Shown here in pieces: positions 36,942 through 47,732 of a stretch of DNA of 54,364 bases. The stretch's first letter is position 1. Each line of letters begins with the position of its first letter. Location: positions 1-54,364 of the IMG/VR virus record IMGVR_UViG_3300032330_001719. The stretch is one strand, 5' to 3'. Both the position numbers and the translations under genes were made by a program. Below the pieces are notes generated by a model, which saw only the letters and a list, made by a program, of their open reading frames with translations, ran no database searches and was not told the origin of the DNA. This stretch comes from a virus. Taxonomy: Duplodnaviria; Caudoviricetes.

Positions 36942-39900
36942 TTAATATGTGTATTTTAATATTTCGTAACACTCAGGTCCTCTTGTTGTAAATATCGGTC
37001 CGTTTGTTAATACGTTGTTTATTGAATTTAATGTCATTTGATATGTTTCCACTTTATCAGGGTTTACTCCATCTCTAACACATAATTTTGTTGTATATGT
37101 TTGCCCACAATCATCACAATTATTATATGATGTTAAATCTGTTGCGGTAAACAATGAGAAATCATATAAATTAACAAATGGTGTTTCAGATGACCAAGTT
37201 ACGTGGTATCCTGAAATTTGATTTGATGGTATGGAATCTAAATTAACTGACGCATTTGTTAATAATCCTGTTTCATTAGTTGTTAAGAACAATAATTGTG
37301 AATTTCTAGAGTCTAACGGATATATTGGGACATTCATAGTTAACCCTACATAATAACAATCACCTTTTGTCCATCTAAAGTTTGTTATGTAACCTTCAAA
37401 TAAAGAATTAGTACCTGAATCTCCACCACCAATAACTAACGGTAAATCAACAGAAGGGTCTCCTTGGAAGTTATTAATATCAAAAGTTGTCGAACCACTA
37501 TATATTAAGACCCCATCTTGATATACTCTTATTGTTTGAGTAGCTCCTCCCAAATTTTCAGAAGTAATTGCGAAATATGACCAAACATTATAAACAGGTG
37601 TTGCTAAATTAATTGTTGTAGAACCGCTTGCTATCCATAATATAAGTGTGTTGCCATTTTCTATAGATACACCAAATTCTTCGCCAGGATTTTGACCGAT
37701 ATCAAAAACTCTTCTACAACAAGTATCTGTTGATGTATATTTTTGGTACCACTCTACAGTCCAAGGACCAAAATTTAAGTCCATTTGGTTATTATGTGCA
37801 ATTGTTACTAAACTAGTTGCACCATCAAAATACATACTACCACCAATATCTGAATTTGGATTTAAGTTTGGTGTGGTTATAACTGAACCAACTGTACCAC
37901 ATACGGCAACTCTTTCATTTATGTTTGCTTTTATTGATTTGACAGAACTAGCACTTAATCTATAAGCCTTTTCTGATGAAGTATCAAATGAGGTTACCCA
38001 AGTTGGGTCAACACCATTACTTATACCACCTGTAGGGTCATCATTACAGAAAACATTATTTTGTTCTATAATTAAATCAAAATAATTTGATTGGTCTTTA
38101 TAGAACTTAAAGTTATAAATTAAAGTAACTTCATAAGGAGAGTTAGTTGAGTTGTTATTATTTCCTTCAAATCTAATTATTGTTGTGTTACCACCATCTG
38201 TGGTACCCGTATATAAAGTAACTAATGATGAATCTAAACAAGTACCATCATCTTCTCTTGTTGATATGTATACACCTGGTAAACCTGTCTCAGAAGGAAT
38301 ATCTCCCGGTAATGGGTCAATACCATAATCTGTAGAACCATCACCAAATGTTAAATATGAGTTAGTACCAATCCATACTGAAGTATAGTTCACACCTAAG
38401 AAATTCACATCAAAATCAAACGGTAATTCTATAAGGAAATCATCATCATCATCACCACTAGCATTTTCATAAACCATATCTAAACCACTATTTGATATTG
38501 GTGAATAAGGTAATTCAGTTGCGGTTATTAATGCTCCACCACCATATTCTAATTGATAATCTGTTGGTAAGAAGATGTTTGAAGTTACACCATCACAAGT
38601 TGTAAATGAACGTAATTCATATTCTTCACCAATAAACAATTCTAATAATAAATCTTTAGGTGTTTCAAACCAACCACCAACTAATAATATTCCTGAAGAT
38701 AATAATAATACTTTATTAACATAATTATCATCTAAATCGAATGTAAATGTTTCATCTAAAGTTCCGTCAGAATTTAATCTAATTAAATATGGTAAATTAG
38801 AGTGGTCGTTATTGTTATCACCATAATAATCAAATTGTCCACCTACCATATACTTACCATTAGGTAATAATAAGATTGATAATGCAGCACCCTCGTAATT
38901 ACCATCAAATCCTCCATTATTATCCCAATCACGAGTTGTGAATGTATCGTCTATTTGGTAAATTCCATCACCATCTTTAACTAATCTAACAATATTTTGA
39001 GGAATCCAAGTGTCGTTATAATCACGAAGATAATTGCTACTACCCGAATTACCCCCACCAATAACAACTATTTTACCATCAGGTTGCATAAGTATTTGAT
39101 TTACTCTTGGTCTACCACCCTCATTAACATTAAATCCTTCACCAAAATCAGGTAATACTTCACCTGTTGGGGATAATTTAACAATACCTCCGATATTACC
39201 GTTTCCGTTATACCAATTAAACCAACCACCAACAATAATGTTTTCAGTATAAGTTACAGGTCCGTTATTATTATAGAAAGGATTATTTCTAATTGTCTCA
39301 ATATTAATTGTGAATACTTGGTCACCGTCAAAACCATCACCCATAACAAATGTTGGGTCAGGAGTACCGTCAGAATTTAATCTAACAATTTGTGGACAAT
39401 AGAAATCGTAGTAATTATTAAAATCACCACCAACAACAATTTTACCATCTCTTTGGATAGCGATAGCTCTAACTATATTATCAAACTCGGTATTAAAAGT
39501 AAATCCTGAGTCAATGGTTCCATCAGAATTTAATCTAATTATACGACCGGCATTGTATCCATCATAATTGGTGAAGTTACCACCAACTAAAATTTTACCA
39601 TCAGGTTGTAATGCAATTGCTCTAATATAACTATTGAATATACCTAAATAGAATGTTTCATCTAAAGTTCCGTCAGGATTTATTCTCATAAAATTACCAA
39701 CAGGAACTTCAAGATACTCACTGAAGTTACCACCTACTAATATTTTACCATCAGGTTGTTCCACTGTTGTATAAACTAAATCACCAGCAAACCCTGTATT
39801 TTCAAAGAATGGGTTTAATACACCTTCAGGTGCAATTTTAGATAATCCTAATGGACAATTTTCACCATCATCAATTTTTATAGTACTGAATATTTCCGGA

Positions 39901-42053
39901 GTTCCACCTGAAATAAATTCATAAGGACCATAAGGTAAGTAATCGGTTAAAACTTTAACCGGATTATCTTCTGTTGGAATTAATATTGTTGTAATACTGC
40001 TATAAAGTGTATGTATTAATGGGTATGTTGTTTCAGGTGTTAAACAAGAAGTTGCCTCATAAATAAGACCATTCGCTTCAACAGCTTCATTACAAGATGA
40101 ATATGTCACATAATTTACCGCAGGTATAGTATCCCAATATGGGCCGTCAGTTTGACTCCAATCAACTATGTCAACAATTGTTCCCGCAAATTTAACAAAA
40201 GCTGTCCCCATAGTAGTGGCCAAAAAATCAACGTATAGTATGTCACTAATTTCGTATTTGTTATCGACAGGTATATAATTAGTAAAAAAATCTTGAGGTT
40301 CATTAGTTAAACAATCAACCACAACAGCTAATTTATAATTTGAAATGTAAGCCTCTTCACAATTGACATATGAGTTTACCATAACATAATCAATAATATT
40401 GGATGGGTATGTATCAGTAATAAAACCACAAACAGTTATTGATGGGTTTTGTAAACTTTGGAAACTATATGTTGTCTCAAATTCTAACGGAGTCATAGAA
40501 CCAACCACATAAGTAACTGTCTCATCTATTAAAGGTTGAGTACAAGCTTCAACTGTGTAAGTATAAGGATAAACCGGTATTGAATTAAGTAATCTACCGA
40601 AGTAATTAAATGGATATATTAATGGGTCCGGACCGTCAAAATTATTAAAGAATCCACCAACTAAAATATTATCATCTTCTAAAATAGAGATGTATTCAAC
40701 ACCATCACTAAAAAGTGTGTCTTCATCAAAATAAAATGTATAGTCAAATGAACAGTCAGAATTAAATCTCACTAACCTATGTACGTAAACAACACTAGCG
40801 TTGTTAATTATATAAGTAGTAAAATACCCACCAACCAATATTTTACCGTCAGATTGTATTGCTAACGAATGAACTTGATTATTTAATCCGTGACCAAATA
40901 ATGTATCTAATGTACCGTTAGAATCTAATCTAACAATCTGACCATAAAATAAATCATTATTATCAAATGTGTTAAAGTATCCACCAACAATAATTTTACC
41001 ATCAGATTGTAAAGCCAATGTATAAACCTCATCATTAAAACCATTACCTATTTGAAATGTAGTATCTAAAGTACCGTTAGTGTTTAATCTTGTTATATGA
41101 TTTTGAGAAACATTTCCGTATGTGGTAAACCAACCACCAACTAATATTTTACCATCAGATTGTAGTTCAATTACATTTACATAGTTATTAAATAAAACAT
41201 TATCGTCACCAATTAAGAATGAACTATCAATACTACCATTAGAATTTAATCTAATAATTTTATAAGCAACTGTTCCGTTATATTCATAGAAATCACCACC
41301 AACTAATATTTTCCCATCAGGTTGTACGTGAATATCGTAAACATCATTATTAAATCCATCACCGGTATTAAATGTTAAATCTCTACTACCATCAGAATTT
41401 AATCTAATAATACGATTCGCGGTATTACAATTACCGTTTCTATCGAAATTTGTAAACGTTCCCCCAACTAATATTTTTCCATCGGATTGAATTTCAAGAG
41501 TATAGACTGTATCATTAAAACCACCACCATAACAATCTTCATTAAATGATATGTTAAATGTGTCATCAACAGTACCATCAGTATTTAATCTTATTAAACG
41601 ATTACTAGTATATCCACTACTATTATTATAGTATGTGGTGAAACCTCCACCAATCACATATTTTCCATCGGCATCCACCGCAATATGATATACACCACCA
41701 TTAAATCCGTCGACTTCCCATCCACCTTCTGAAGGGAATGAATAGTCAACTGTTCCCGCGGTAAATGGTACATTAACTCCCGCACCCACACTTAATGATG
41801 TACGTAACGAACGTCTATTTGATACGGATTGTTGAGTACTACCCGTTATAAGTACAGGACTAGAATTTTGAGCTCTTGACGGTCCGTTTTTTGGTGTTTT
41901 CTCAATAACCACAGGTCCTGTGATAATTTTAGAATTTGCTTGAGGTGAATTTTGAGTTCTACCACTATTATTTAACATTGATATGTCAAAAGTACTACCA
42001 CTTAATGAGTTGGTTTTACCACTCCATCCGGTAAATGTTGAATTGTTTGCCAT
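36942..42053 (-). CDS. large virion adhesin/fibre: two delta-60 beta-propeller blocks, Cys modules and a LamG-like domain
   Basis: About 13 (Q)xDGKILVGG.F...RLN.DG..D.TF repeats; GSMYFDG..WTVEWY..FEGYITNFRWTKG LamG. Confidence 0.85.
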   Translation of the reverse strand: MANNSTFTGWSGKTNSLSGSTFDISMLNNSGRTQNSPQANSKIITGPVVIEKTPKNGPSRAQNSSPVLITGSTQQSVSNRRSLRTSLSVGAGVNVPFTAGTVDYSFPSEGGWEVDGFNGGVYHIAVDADGKYVIGGGFTTYYNNSSGYTSNRLIRLNTDGTVDDTFNISFNEDCYGGGFNDTVYTLEIQSDGKILVGGTFTNFDRNGNCNTANRIIRLNSDGSRDLTFNTGDGFNNDVYDIHVQPDGKILVGGDFYEYNGTVAYKIIRLNSNGSIDSSFLIGDDNVLFNNYVNVIELQSDGKILVGGWFTTYGNVSQNHITRLNTNGTLDTTFQIGNGFNDEVYTLALQSDGKIIVGGYFNTFDNNDLFYGQIVRLDSNGTLDTLFGHGLNNQVHSLAIQSDGKILVGGYFTTYIINNASVVYVHRLVRFNSDCSFDYTFYFDEDTLFSDGVEYISILEDDNILVGGFFNNFDGPDPLIYPFNYFGRLLNSIPVYPYTYTVEACTQPLIDETVTYVVGSMTPLEFETTYSFQSLQNPSITVCGFITDTYPSNIIDYVMVNSYVNCEEAYISNYKLAVVVDCLTNEPQDFFTNYIPVDNKYEISDILYVDFLATTMGTAFVKFAGTIVDIVDWSQTDGPYWDTIPAVNYVTYSSCNEAVEANGLIYEATSCLTPETTYPLIHTLYSSITTILIPTEDNPVKVLTDYLPYGPYEFISGGTPEIFSTIKIDDGENCPLGLSKIAPEGVLNPFFENTGFAGDLVYTTVEQPDGKILVGGNFSEYLEVPVGNFMRINPDGTLDETFYLGIFNSYIRAIALQPDGKILVGGNFTNYDGYNAGRIIRLNSDGTIDSGFTFNTEFDNIVRAIAIQRDGKIVVGGDFNNYYDFYCPQIVRLNSDGTPDPTFVMGDGFDGDQVFTINIETIRNNPFYNNNGPVTYTENIIVGGWFNWYNGNGNIGGIVKLSPTGEVLPDFGEGFNVNEGGRPRVNQILMQPDGKIVVIGGGNSGSSNYLRDYNDTWIPQNIVRLVKDGDGIYQIDDTFTTRDWDNNGGFDGNYEGAALSILLLPNGKYMVGGQFDYYGDNNNDHSNLPYLIRLNSDGTLDETFTFDLDDNYVNKVLLLSSGILLVGGWFETPKDLLLELFIGEEYELRSFTTCDGVTSNIFLPTDYQLEYGGGALITATELPYSPISNSGLDMVYENASGDDDDDFLIELPFDFDVNFLGVNYTSVWIGTNSYLTFGDGSTDYGIDPLPGDIPSETGLPGVYISTREDDGTCLDSSLVTLYTGTTDGGNTTIIRFEGNNNNSTNSPYEVTLIYNFKFYKDQSNYFDLIIEQNNVFCNDDPTGGISNGVDPTWVTSFDTSSEKAYRLSASSVKSIKANINERVAVCGTVGSVITTPNLNPNSDIGGSMYFDGATSLVTIAHNNQMDLNFGPWTVEWYQKYTSTDTCCRRVFDIGQNPGEEFGVSIENGNTLILWIASGSTTINLATPVYNVWSYFAITSENLGGATQTIRVYQDGVLIYSGSTTFDINNFQGDPSVDLPLVIGGGDSGTNSLFEGYITNFRWTKGDCYYVGLTMNVPIYPLDSRNSQLLFLTTNETGLLTNASVNLDSIPSNQISGYHVTWSSETPFVNLYDFSLFTATDLTSYNNCDDCGQTYTTKLCVRDGVNPDKVETYQMTLNSINNVLTNGPIFTTRGPECYEILKYTY

Positions 42054-42083
42054 TGTCGATTTTTTTTATTTATAAATATCTAT

Positions 42084-43556
42084 TTATTCTGAATACTTCA
42101 CATTAACAATCTGAAATTTGATTTGTCTTTTGTATGTATTAACTTCCCCACTACTCTCAACTTTAATATCTATAAAGTATTCATTTGGGATTTTATCTCT
42201 CGTGTCGAACATAAAATAATATTCGTTTGGAGTTCTATTAATTTTTGTCCAATCTTGAACTTGAACTTCTGTTTGTCCTTCTCTAACATAAACTCTGTAA
42301 TAAGCACTTACAGGTCTTAATAGTTTATTGGTTGAGAACGCTTGTTTTATTATTACACCAACTTTTCTAATGTCGGTATTATAAACTTTTTCATCTTGTT
42401 TAATACCATAAAAATCAAATCCATATAATTTTGGGTCGATAGATGTTGTACCAATCTGTAATGAATGACTCAATGGATAAACATTGAATTGATTTTCAAT
42501 TTGTGGTATCATAAAACCATTAGATGTTAATTGATACCAATTATCGGTAAATGAACATAAACTATTATATCCAATGATTGCTGGAACTCTAACTTCGTAA
42601 ACACCTTTTGTTTTACGACAACTTTGAAGACCGGTAAATATTGTGGTTCCATTGTTATCTATTATGTCAACAATAGGGTCTGAGTCTAAATTAAATGGTA
42701 TACCATCATTATATAGATATAGATATAGTTTGTTAACTTTACCTTGAGTAAATGAGTTTCTATCGTCTTCAATTAAATCATTGTAAGTTGTTTCCAAATA
42801 TGGTTCGTAGAATGTTTGAGTATGTCTAGTAAAGAATTGAACTTCATAGTTAGAAGTTAATCCTGTAAGATTTTCTACTTGTGGTTTATAAGCAATTCCC
42901 CATCCTGAGTGAACCGGTGTACTACCATTTAAGATATAATTAATCTCATCGGTCATATCAAAACTGATATTTTCATCACCAAATTCAAAATGTTGTGTAT
43001 CCACAATAATCAAATCATTGTAATTAAACACCCCGTTATTTAGGTTATCGTAAATTCCCGGTTGAGTCCAAGTATCTATTGTGGTTGTTTGGAACCAATT
43101 GGATGGTCTTAATGAGAAGTTTTTATCAAAGTTACTATAATCATAAATTAAATCCGCAAAATCATAACCAACACCCTCATCCCATAATTGTTGGGTATCA
43201 GGTTCAATTGGTAAGTTTGGGATTCTAAATAAGATTAAATCAAATGAAGTTGCTCTCATTCTACCTTGTGATGTGGTTGTGTTTAACAACTCTTTATCAA
43301 AAGTAGATGTGTTAGTCATTCTTAAAGTATGTTTGACTGATGAACAGGTAGAATCAAATGCGATGGTACCATCGACAATCTTTTCATTTAATAATGTGAA
43401 ATCAATATCGAATATAAATCTACTATAACCACTTGGATAATCCAATACTGCGGTAGACCCATAAAAAATCTCAGTAACAGGGTTTCTACCCGTGTTAGTG
43501 TAACTATTTGATATGATTGTGTTGTTCTTGCTGAAATAAGAATTGTTAATTGACAT
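42084..43556 (-). CDS. hypothetical structural (baseplate-region) protein
   Basis: Long ORF between the spike and fibre genes; ATG 43556 preferred, TATTTATT at 43570-43577. Confidence 0.65.
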   Translation of the reverse strand: MSINNSYFSKNNTIISNSYTNTGRNPVTEIFYGSTAVLDYPSGYSRFIFDIDFTLLNEKIVDGTIAFDSTCSSVKHTLRMTNTSTFDKELLNTTTSQGRMRATSFDLILFRIPNLPIEPDTQQLWDEGVGYDFADLIYDYSNFDKNFSLRPSNWFQTTTIDTWTQPGIYDNLNNGVFNYNDLIIVDTQHFEFGDENISFDMTDEINYILNGSTPVHSGWGIAYKPQVENLTGLTSNYEVQFFTRHTQTFYEPYLETTYNDLIEDDRNSFTQGKVNKLYLYLYNDGIPFNLDSDPIVDIIDNNGTTIFTGLQSCRKTKGVYEVRVPAIIGYNSLCSFTDNWYQLTSNGFMIPQIENQFNVYPLSHSLQIGTTSIDPKLYGFDFYGIKQDEKVYNTDIRKVGVIIKQAFSTNKLLRPVSAYYRVYVREGQTEVQVQDWTKINRTPNEYYFMFDTRDKIPNEYFIDIKVESSGEVNTYKRQIKFQIVNVKYSE

Positions 43557-43578
43557 AAAATCTTTTAACAATAAATAT

Positions 43579-45177
43579 TTAGTTTATACGAATGTTTTGA
43601 TTTAAGATGGTATTTTCTGCCTCAGCAAGTATTGAATCAATCTCTTGAACGGTTTGACCATTACCCGATGCCACCGGGACAGGTGCCATTGTTGCGGTTG
43701 GATGAACGTGACCTGTAACGAATGAGAATATTTTTCTAATTAACTTTATCATCTCATCACCTCTAACCATTGGGTAAGTTTGTGTTGATATTGTATTCCC
43801 CGGACCAATAAATTTGTCTTGTGGAATTCCATATAAAGTATTATTTAAACTAATTTTACCTTTAGGTCCTTCGGAGTCTTGAGATAATAAGTAAACACGT
43901 TGTCCTCCTAAAACACCATAAGAGATATCTTGATTTGAATATTCTACGGGAGTTACCTCAGAAGTTTTTAAAGTTCCTTGAGGTCCAATTAAAGGTTGAC
44001 CACTTTTATTTTGTGAAACTAAAAACCAACCACTTTCTTTCATCCCTTGATTTAATTTTATTCCTTCGGAGATTCTAGTAAAATTGTTTTTATTATTAAT
44101 GTCATTTGTGATATTAAGACTAAACTTAAATGTATTACCGGTTTTATATGTTAATTTTGATGGTGTTATAACATATGGAAAAGTATTTACAGGATTAACG
44201 TGTTCTTGAGAATTAACTGCGTAATTTGGAATATCAATAAAACCGTTAAACACATTTGAATTGAATTTATTGATTAAATTCAAAACTTCTTGAAATGGTA
44301 ATCCAATAAATTTAACTTCTTCAATTGGGCCCGTATAATCAGTACCAATAGATAAATCAATAATAGTTTCCTTTTTAAAATTAGAACTATTAGTTTTAAC
44401 TGATGGTATTACATTATATAACCCAACACTTCCTGTAAAAATATCACCTGAAGTTTCTAAATTATCAATATTCCAAATAACCATTTTTTTAACCGATACA
44501 ACATTTTCAACTAATCTAGATAAACCTTCTGTTGGTTTTGTTGTTTTAGTTTGTTTAAAATTTGATATTTGTAAAAATGAACGATATTGATTTGCGGTGG
44601 GTAACGCAGTTTTAGTTAACTCTTTTGTTTTACCGGCTCTGATTAAAACACTATCTTCACCTGTATTTTTATCTTTCTTAATAATAACATCCGCAGAACC
44701 TCTACCTAATAAAGCGTTATCACCGGGCTCAGGAAAAATACCTTTACTTTCGATTTTTCTGTAAGACCCGTTTTGGTTTTTAATTGTTAAACTTTCTTTT
44801 ATTCTAGAACCGGTTAACATATGTTTTTGAGCACCTTGAAATTGCTCAAAAGGTGTTGTCATTGGAGATGAAAATGGACCTTGAATGTAAAACTTGTTAC
44901 CACTATTAACATCTTTATTATAATATATGGTATGAACATACTCACCAATTTCAGGAACAATACTAGTGTAAAATGGTAATAATGGTAAAAAGACATATGG
45001 GTCTTTGTCAGTCCATTTGTCAGTTGCCTCATTAAAATTATCTTTACTACTATCTTTTGGTTGTTCCGGATTAAAATCAGGGGTTAAAGGTTGAACTCTA
45101 AGTCTACCTAACATTGTTGGGTCCTGATTATCCAGTACTTCTCCCGGAAAAATTATTTGGTTATTTGGAAAATCCAT
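43579..45177 (-). CDS. baseplate hub/central spike (T4 gp5-like)
   Basis: N-terminal OB-fold GEVLDNQDPTMLGRLRV..VPEIGE.V; C-terminal HVH apex motif. Confidence 0.75.
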   Translation of the reverse strand: MDFPNNQIIFPGEVLDNQDPTMLGRLRVQPLTPDFNPEQPKDSSKDNFNEATDKWTDKDPYVFLPLLPFYTSIVPEIGEYVHTIYYNKDVNSGNKFYIQGPFSSPMTTPFEQFQGAQKHMLTGSRIKESLTIKNQNGSYRKIESKGIFPEPGDNALLGRGSADVIIKKDKNTGEDSVLIRAGKTKELTKTALPTANQYRSFLQISNFKQTKTTKPTEGLSRLVENVVSVKKMVIWNIDNLETSGDIFTGSVGLYNVIPSVKTNSSNFKKETIIDLSIGTDYTGPIEEVKFIGLPFQEVLNLINKFNSNVFNGFIDIPNYAVNSQEHVNPVNTFPYVITPSKLTYKTGNTFKFSLNITNDINNKNNFTRISEGIKLNQGMKESGWFLVSQNKSGQPLIGPQGTLKTSEVTPVEYSNQDISYGVLGGQRVYLLSQDSEGPKGKISLNNTLYGIPQDKFIGPGNTISTQTYPMVRGDEMIKLIRKIFSFVTGHVHPTATMAPVPVASGNGQTVQEIDSILAEAENTILNQNIRIN

Positions 45178-45389
45178 TATGTATTAGTTCTTTTTTTGTA
45201 TTCTTTTAAAATTGTATTATAGGTTACTTCTAATTTATCTAAATGTTCAGTACCTTTAATCACCATATCTTTAGTAAAATTAAAATCTTTTTGAATATAG
45301 TCCATAACAAAAATTAAATCTTTATTTGATGAACTTTTATAATCTTTAATAATTTGTTTTGCTTTTTCTGATTCAATATTAACACTCAT
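45177..45389 (-). CDS. hypothetical protein
   Basis: 70-aa coupled ORF. Confidence 0.7.
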   Translation of the reverse strand: MSVNIESEKAKQIIKDYKSSSNKDLIFVMDYIQKDFNFTKDMVIKGTEHLDKLEVTYNTILKEYKKRTNT

Positions 45390-45391
45390 AA

Positions 45392-47317
45392 TTATATCTT
45401 TTTACCATATGATTTATCCGGTATAGTAATAAATGCCGGACTCACAGCTAAAGGTCCAATTGCAATTTCTACTTTACCATTTTCAGCCTCTTCTAACGCC
45501 ATCGCTTTCATTTGACTAAATTTACTAAGAACATCTAAATTAGCACTACCATCAGGTAATAAACCGGTTGGAACACCTAAACCTTGTAATTCTTGTACCG
45601 TACCAAGAAATGCTCGTGATTCTGAATAACCATCACACATCTGAGCGGCAAACAATAATGGTAATGGTATATTTCCACCGGGCATTCCAACACCACCGGG
45701 TAAACTAATTAAACTTAGAATTGCAAATATTTCATCAACTAAACTTTTACATTGTCGATAATCACTAATTATTTGTGCGATTAATAATAATAAAGCAATT
45801 AATTTAAGAATCATTACTAATTTCTTTTTAGCCTTTTCTTTAACAATGTCTTTAATAACTCCTTGAATTAATTGTAATATGTCGGCTTTAATAAGATTAA
45901 ATAATTCTTCTACAAATATTGCACCTACTCTAGACACAACATTTATAGCAAACTGTTTGAAATTTTTTAAAAAATCATTAAATGACGCAATCAAATTAGA
46001 TATGTCATTACCTTGAGCCTTTAACATTACCATAATCGGTAAAACAACTTTAGGGGACATCATAGCACCAATAATTCCATTTGTAATTAATTTAATAAAA
46101 TTAGTATCAATTACAGGTTGTACATTAACATTTATTCCCCATTCCGGATTATTTGCCAATGTTTGTGTTAATTGGTCGGCTAAATTGTCAAAGTCAGAAC
46201 CTTCAACAAATAGGAGTTGACCTAAATTATCAATAATTTGGTCGTAATCTACCGGTACTTTTACATTACCACAATCCTCAAACTCAATAACACCATTTTT
46301 AATATTTGTAGTTCTTTGTTCAATTTCTCTCAAATCAATTTCTGTAAATTCATAGAAAGAGTCATCAACACCATCTAAAGGAGCAACTTTAGATATACCA
46401 CTAACATCAATTTCATTACCTCTACTATCAAAACATAATCCTAAAATTCTAAGAATTATTTTTTCAGCCTGACTAGATTGAGTAACTTCACCAACACCGG
46501 CATTTATTTTCATAGACACTGCACCGGTTAATGATTCCATTATTGATGTCATAATATCAACTTTCTCGGTCATCTTAATAGTGTTATAATAATCGGCCAT
46601 AAATTCACCAACATTATTAATACCACTCGCTCTTGGTTCTAAATCAACTTTAAACCAAGGACCTGTTTGTTGAAATTGGTCGACTTCTTCATAAGTTATA
46701 TTAAATAATGGTTGACCTGATTTACCGGTATATAATGTACCACCACCCAATAAAGATGAATATGGTGTACCATCATTATCCGTTAATGACTTTAAAATTC
46801 TATTTGTTGATAAAGGATATGTCCCCGGGTTAATAGGGTCTTTTTCAAATAACAATTTCCCAACACTATCATTAGGATTAAGTTTTAATCTACCAAATAA
46901 ATCAACAGATTGTACTTTAATATAAATTGGACCTGTTGTACTGTAAGTTTTATTTTCACCACAATTAATATGATGTAATTCCTCAAACACAATTTCTCTA
47001 ATTTTAGGTTCAACATTTTGTATTGTTCTAATTAGAAGTCTTTTGATATATTTTGGTGAACCGCTCCCTTTACCTCCCGAAACATTGACAATATCTAATA
47101 ATTGTTCAAGTTGGTTTTTAAGTTGTTTTTGATATCTTTTTGTTTGGTCAGAAAATCCTTGAAGACTTTGAGTGACTTTATCTTTGGCTTTCTCCATAGA
47201 GTCACCAACTCGTTTACTAGCATCATTATATTGATTTTTTAATTCACCATAATTTTTGTTAGCTTCAATTTTCTTTTTAACATTACTATAATCAACGCTT
47301 AAGTCTAATGATGCCAT
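45392..47317 (-). CDS. hypothetical structural protein with a hydrophobic C-terminal region
   Basis: 641-aa ORF in the operon. Confidence 0.75.
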   Translation of the reverse strand: MASLDLSVDYSNVKKKIEANKNYGELKNQYNDASKRVGDSMEKAKDKVTQSLQGFSDQTKRYQKQLKNQLEQLLDIVNVSGGKGSGSPKYIKRLLIRTIQNVEPKIREIVFEELHHINCGENKTYSTTGPIYIKVQSVDLFGRLKLNPNDSVGKLLFEKDPINPGTYPLSTNRILKSLTDNDGTPYSSLLGGGTLYTGKSGQPLFNITYEEVDQFQQTGPWFKVDLEPRASGINNVGEFMADYYNTIKMTEKVDIMTSIMESLTGAVSMKINAGVGEVTQSSQAEKIILRILGLCFDSRGNEIDVSGISKVAPLDGVDDSFYEFTEIDLREIEQRTTNIKNGVIEFEDCGNVKVPVDYDQIIDNLGQLLFVEGSDFDNLADQLTQTLANNPEWGINVNVQPVIDTNFIKLITNGIIGAMMSPKVVLPIMVMLKAQGNDISNLIASFNDFLKNFKQFAINVVSRVGAIFVEELFNLIKADILQLIQGVIKDIVKEKAKKKLVMILKLIALLLLIAQIISDYRQCKSLVDEIFAILSLISLPGGVGMPGGNIPLPLLFAAQMCDGYSESRAFLGTVQELQGLGVPTGLLPDGSANLDVLSKFSQMKAMALEEAENGKVEIAIGPLAVSPAFITIPDKSYGKKI

Positions 47318-47323
47318 ATTATA

Positions 47324-47707
47324 TTATTTTTTCATTTTATAAGAATCACCATCTTTTGCGATATCTTTCTCTATTAAACTTTTTAATAAACTGTCATCAT
47401 CACCTAAATCAGATATAGAAAAACCACCACCACTATCTTTGGAGTTATTTGATTTTTCCCACATTGTAGATTGGAGTTTTGAAAGTGTTAATTTTTTTTC
47501 AACACAATCATTTATTATTTTTTGTTGTTTTTCAATAACCGGACCGATAACAGTCATATCTTCCGGTTCTTTCATCATTGTCAACATTTTATTTTGTATT
47601 CTTATAGCAGTGTTTCTCTGTTCCACAAGTTCATTGTAGATTTCCTGCATCAACGATAACATTGATTCTTTACTAAGATTGATTTCTTTTTTTGTTGGTC
47701 TTGCCAT
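47324..47707 (-). CDS. hypothetical coiled-coil protein
   Basis: 127-aa ORF after minus-strand TATTTATA at 47711-47718. Confidence 0.75.
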   Translation of the reverse strand: MARPTKKEINLSKESMLSLMQEIYNELVEQRNTAIRIQNKMLTMMKEPEDMTVIGPVIEKQQKIINDCVEKKLTLSKLQSTMWEKSNNSKDSGGGFSISDLGDDDSLLKSLIEKDIAKDGDSYKMKK

Positions 47708-47732
47708 AATTATAAATATTTAACACTGAATT

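Noticed and set aside
36942-42053. Diversity-generating retroelement target
   Set aside because: No reverse transcriptase and no adenine-specific TR/VR pair seen; the repeats are ordinary diverged propeller blades.
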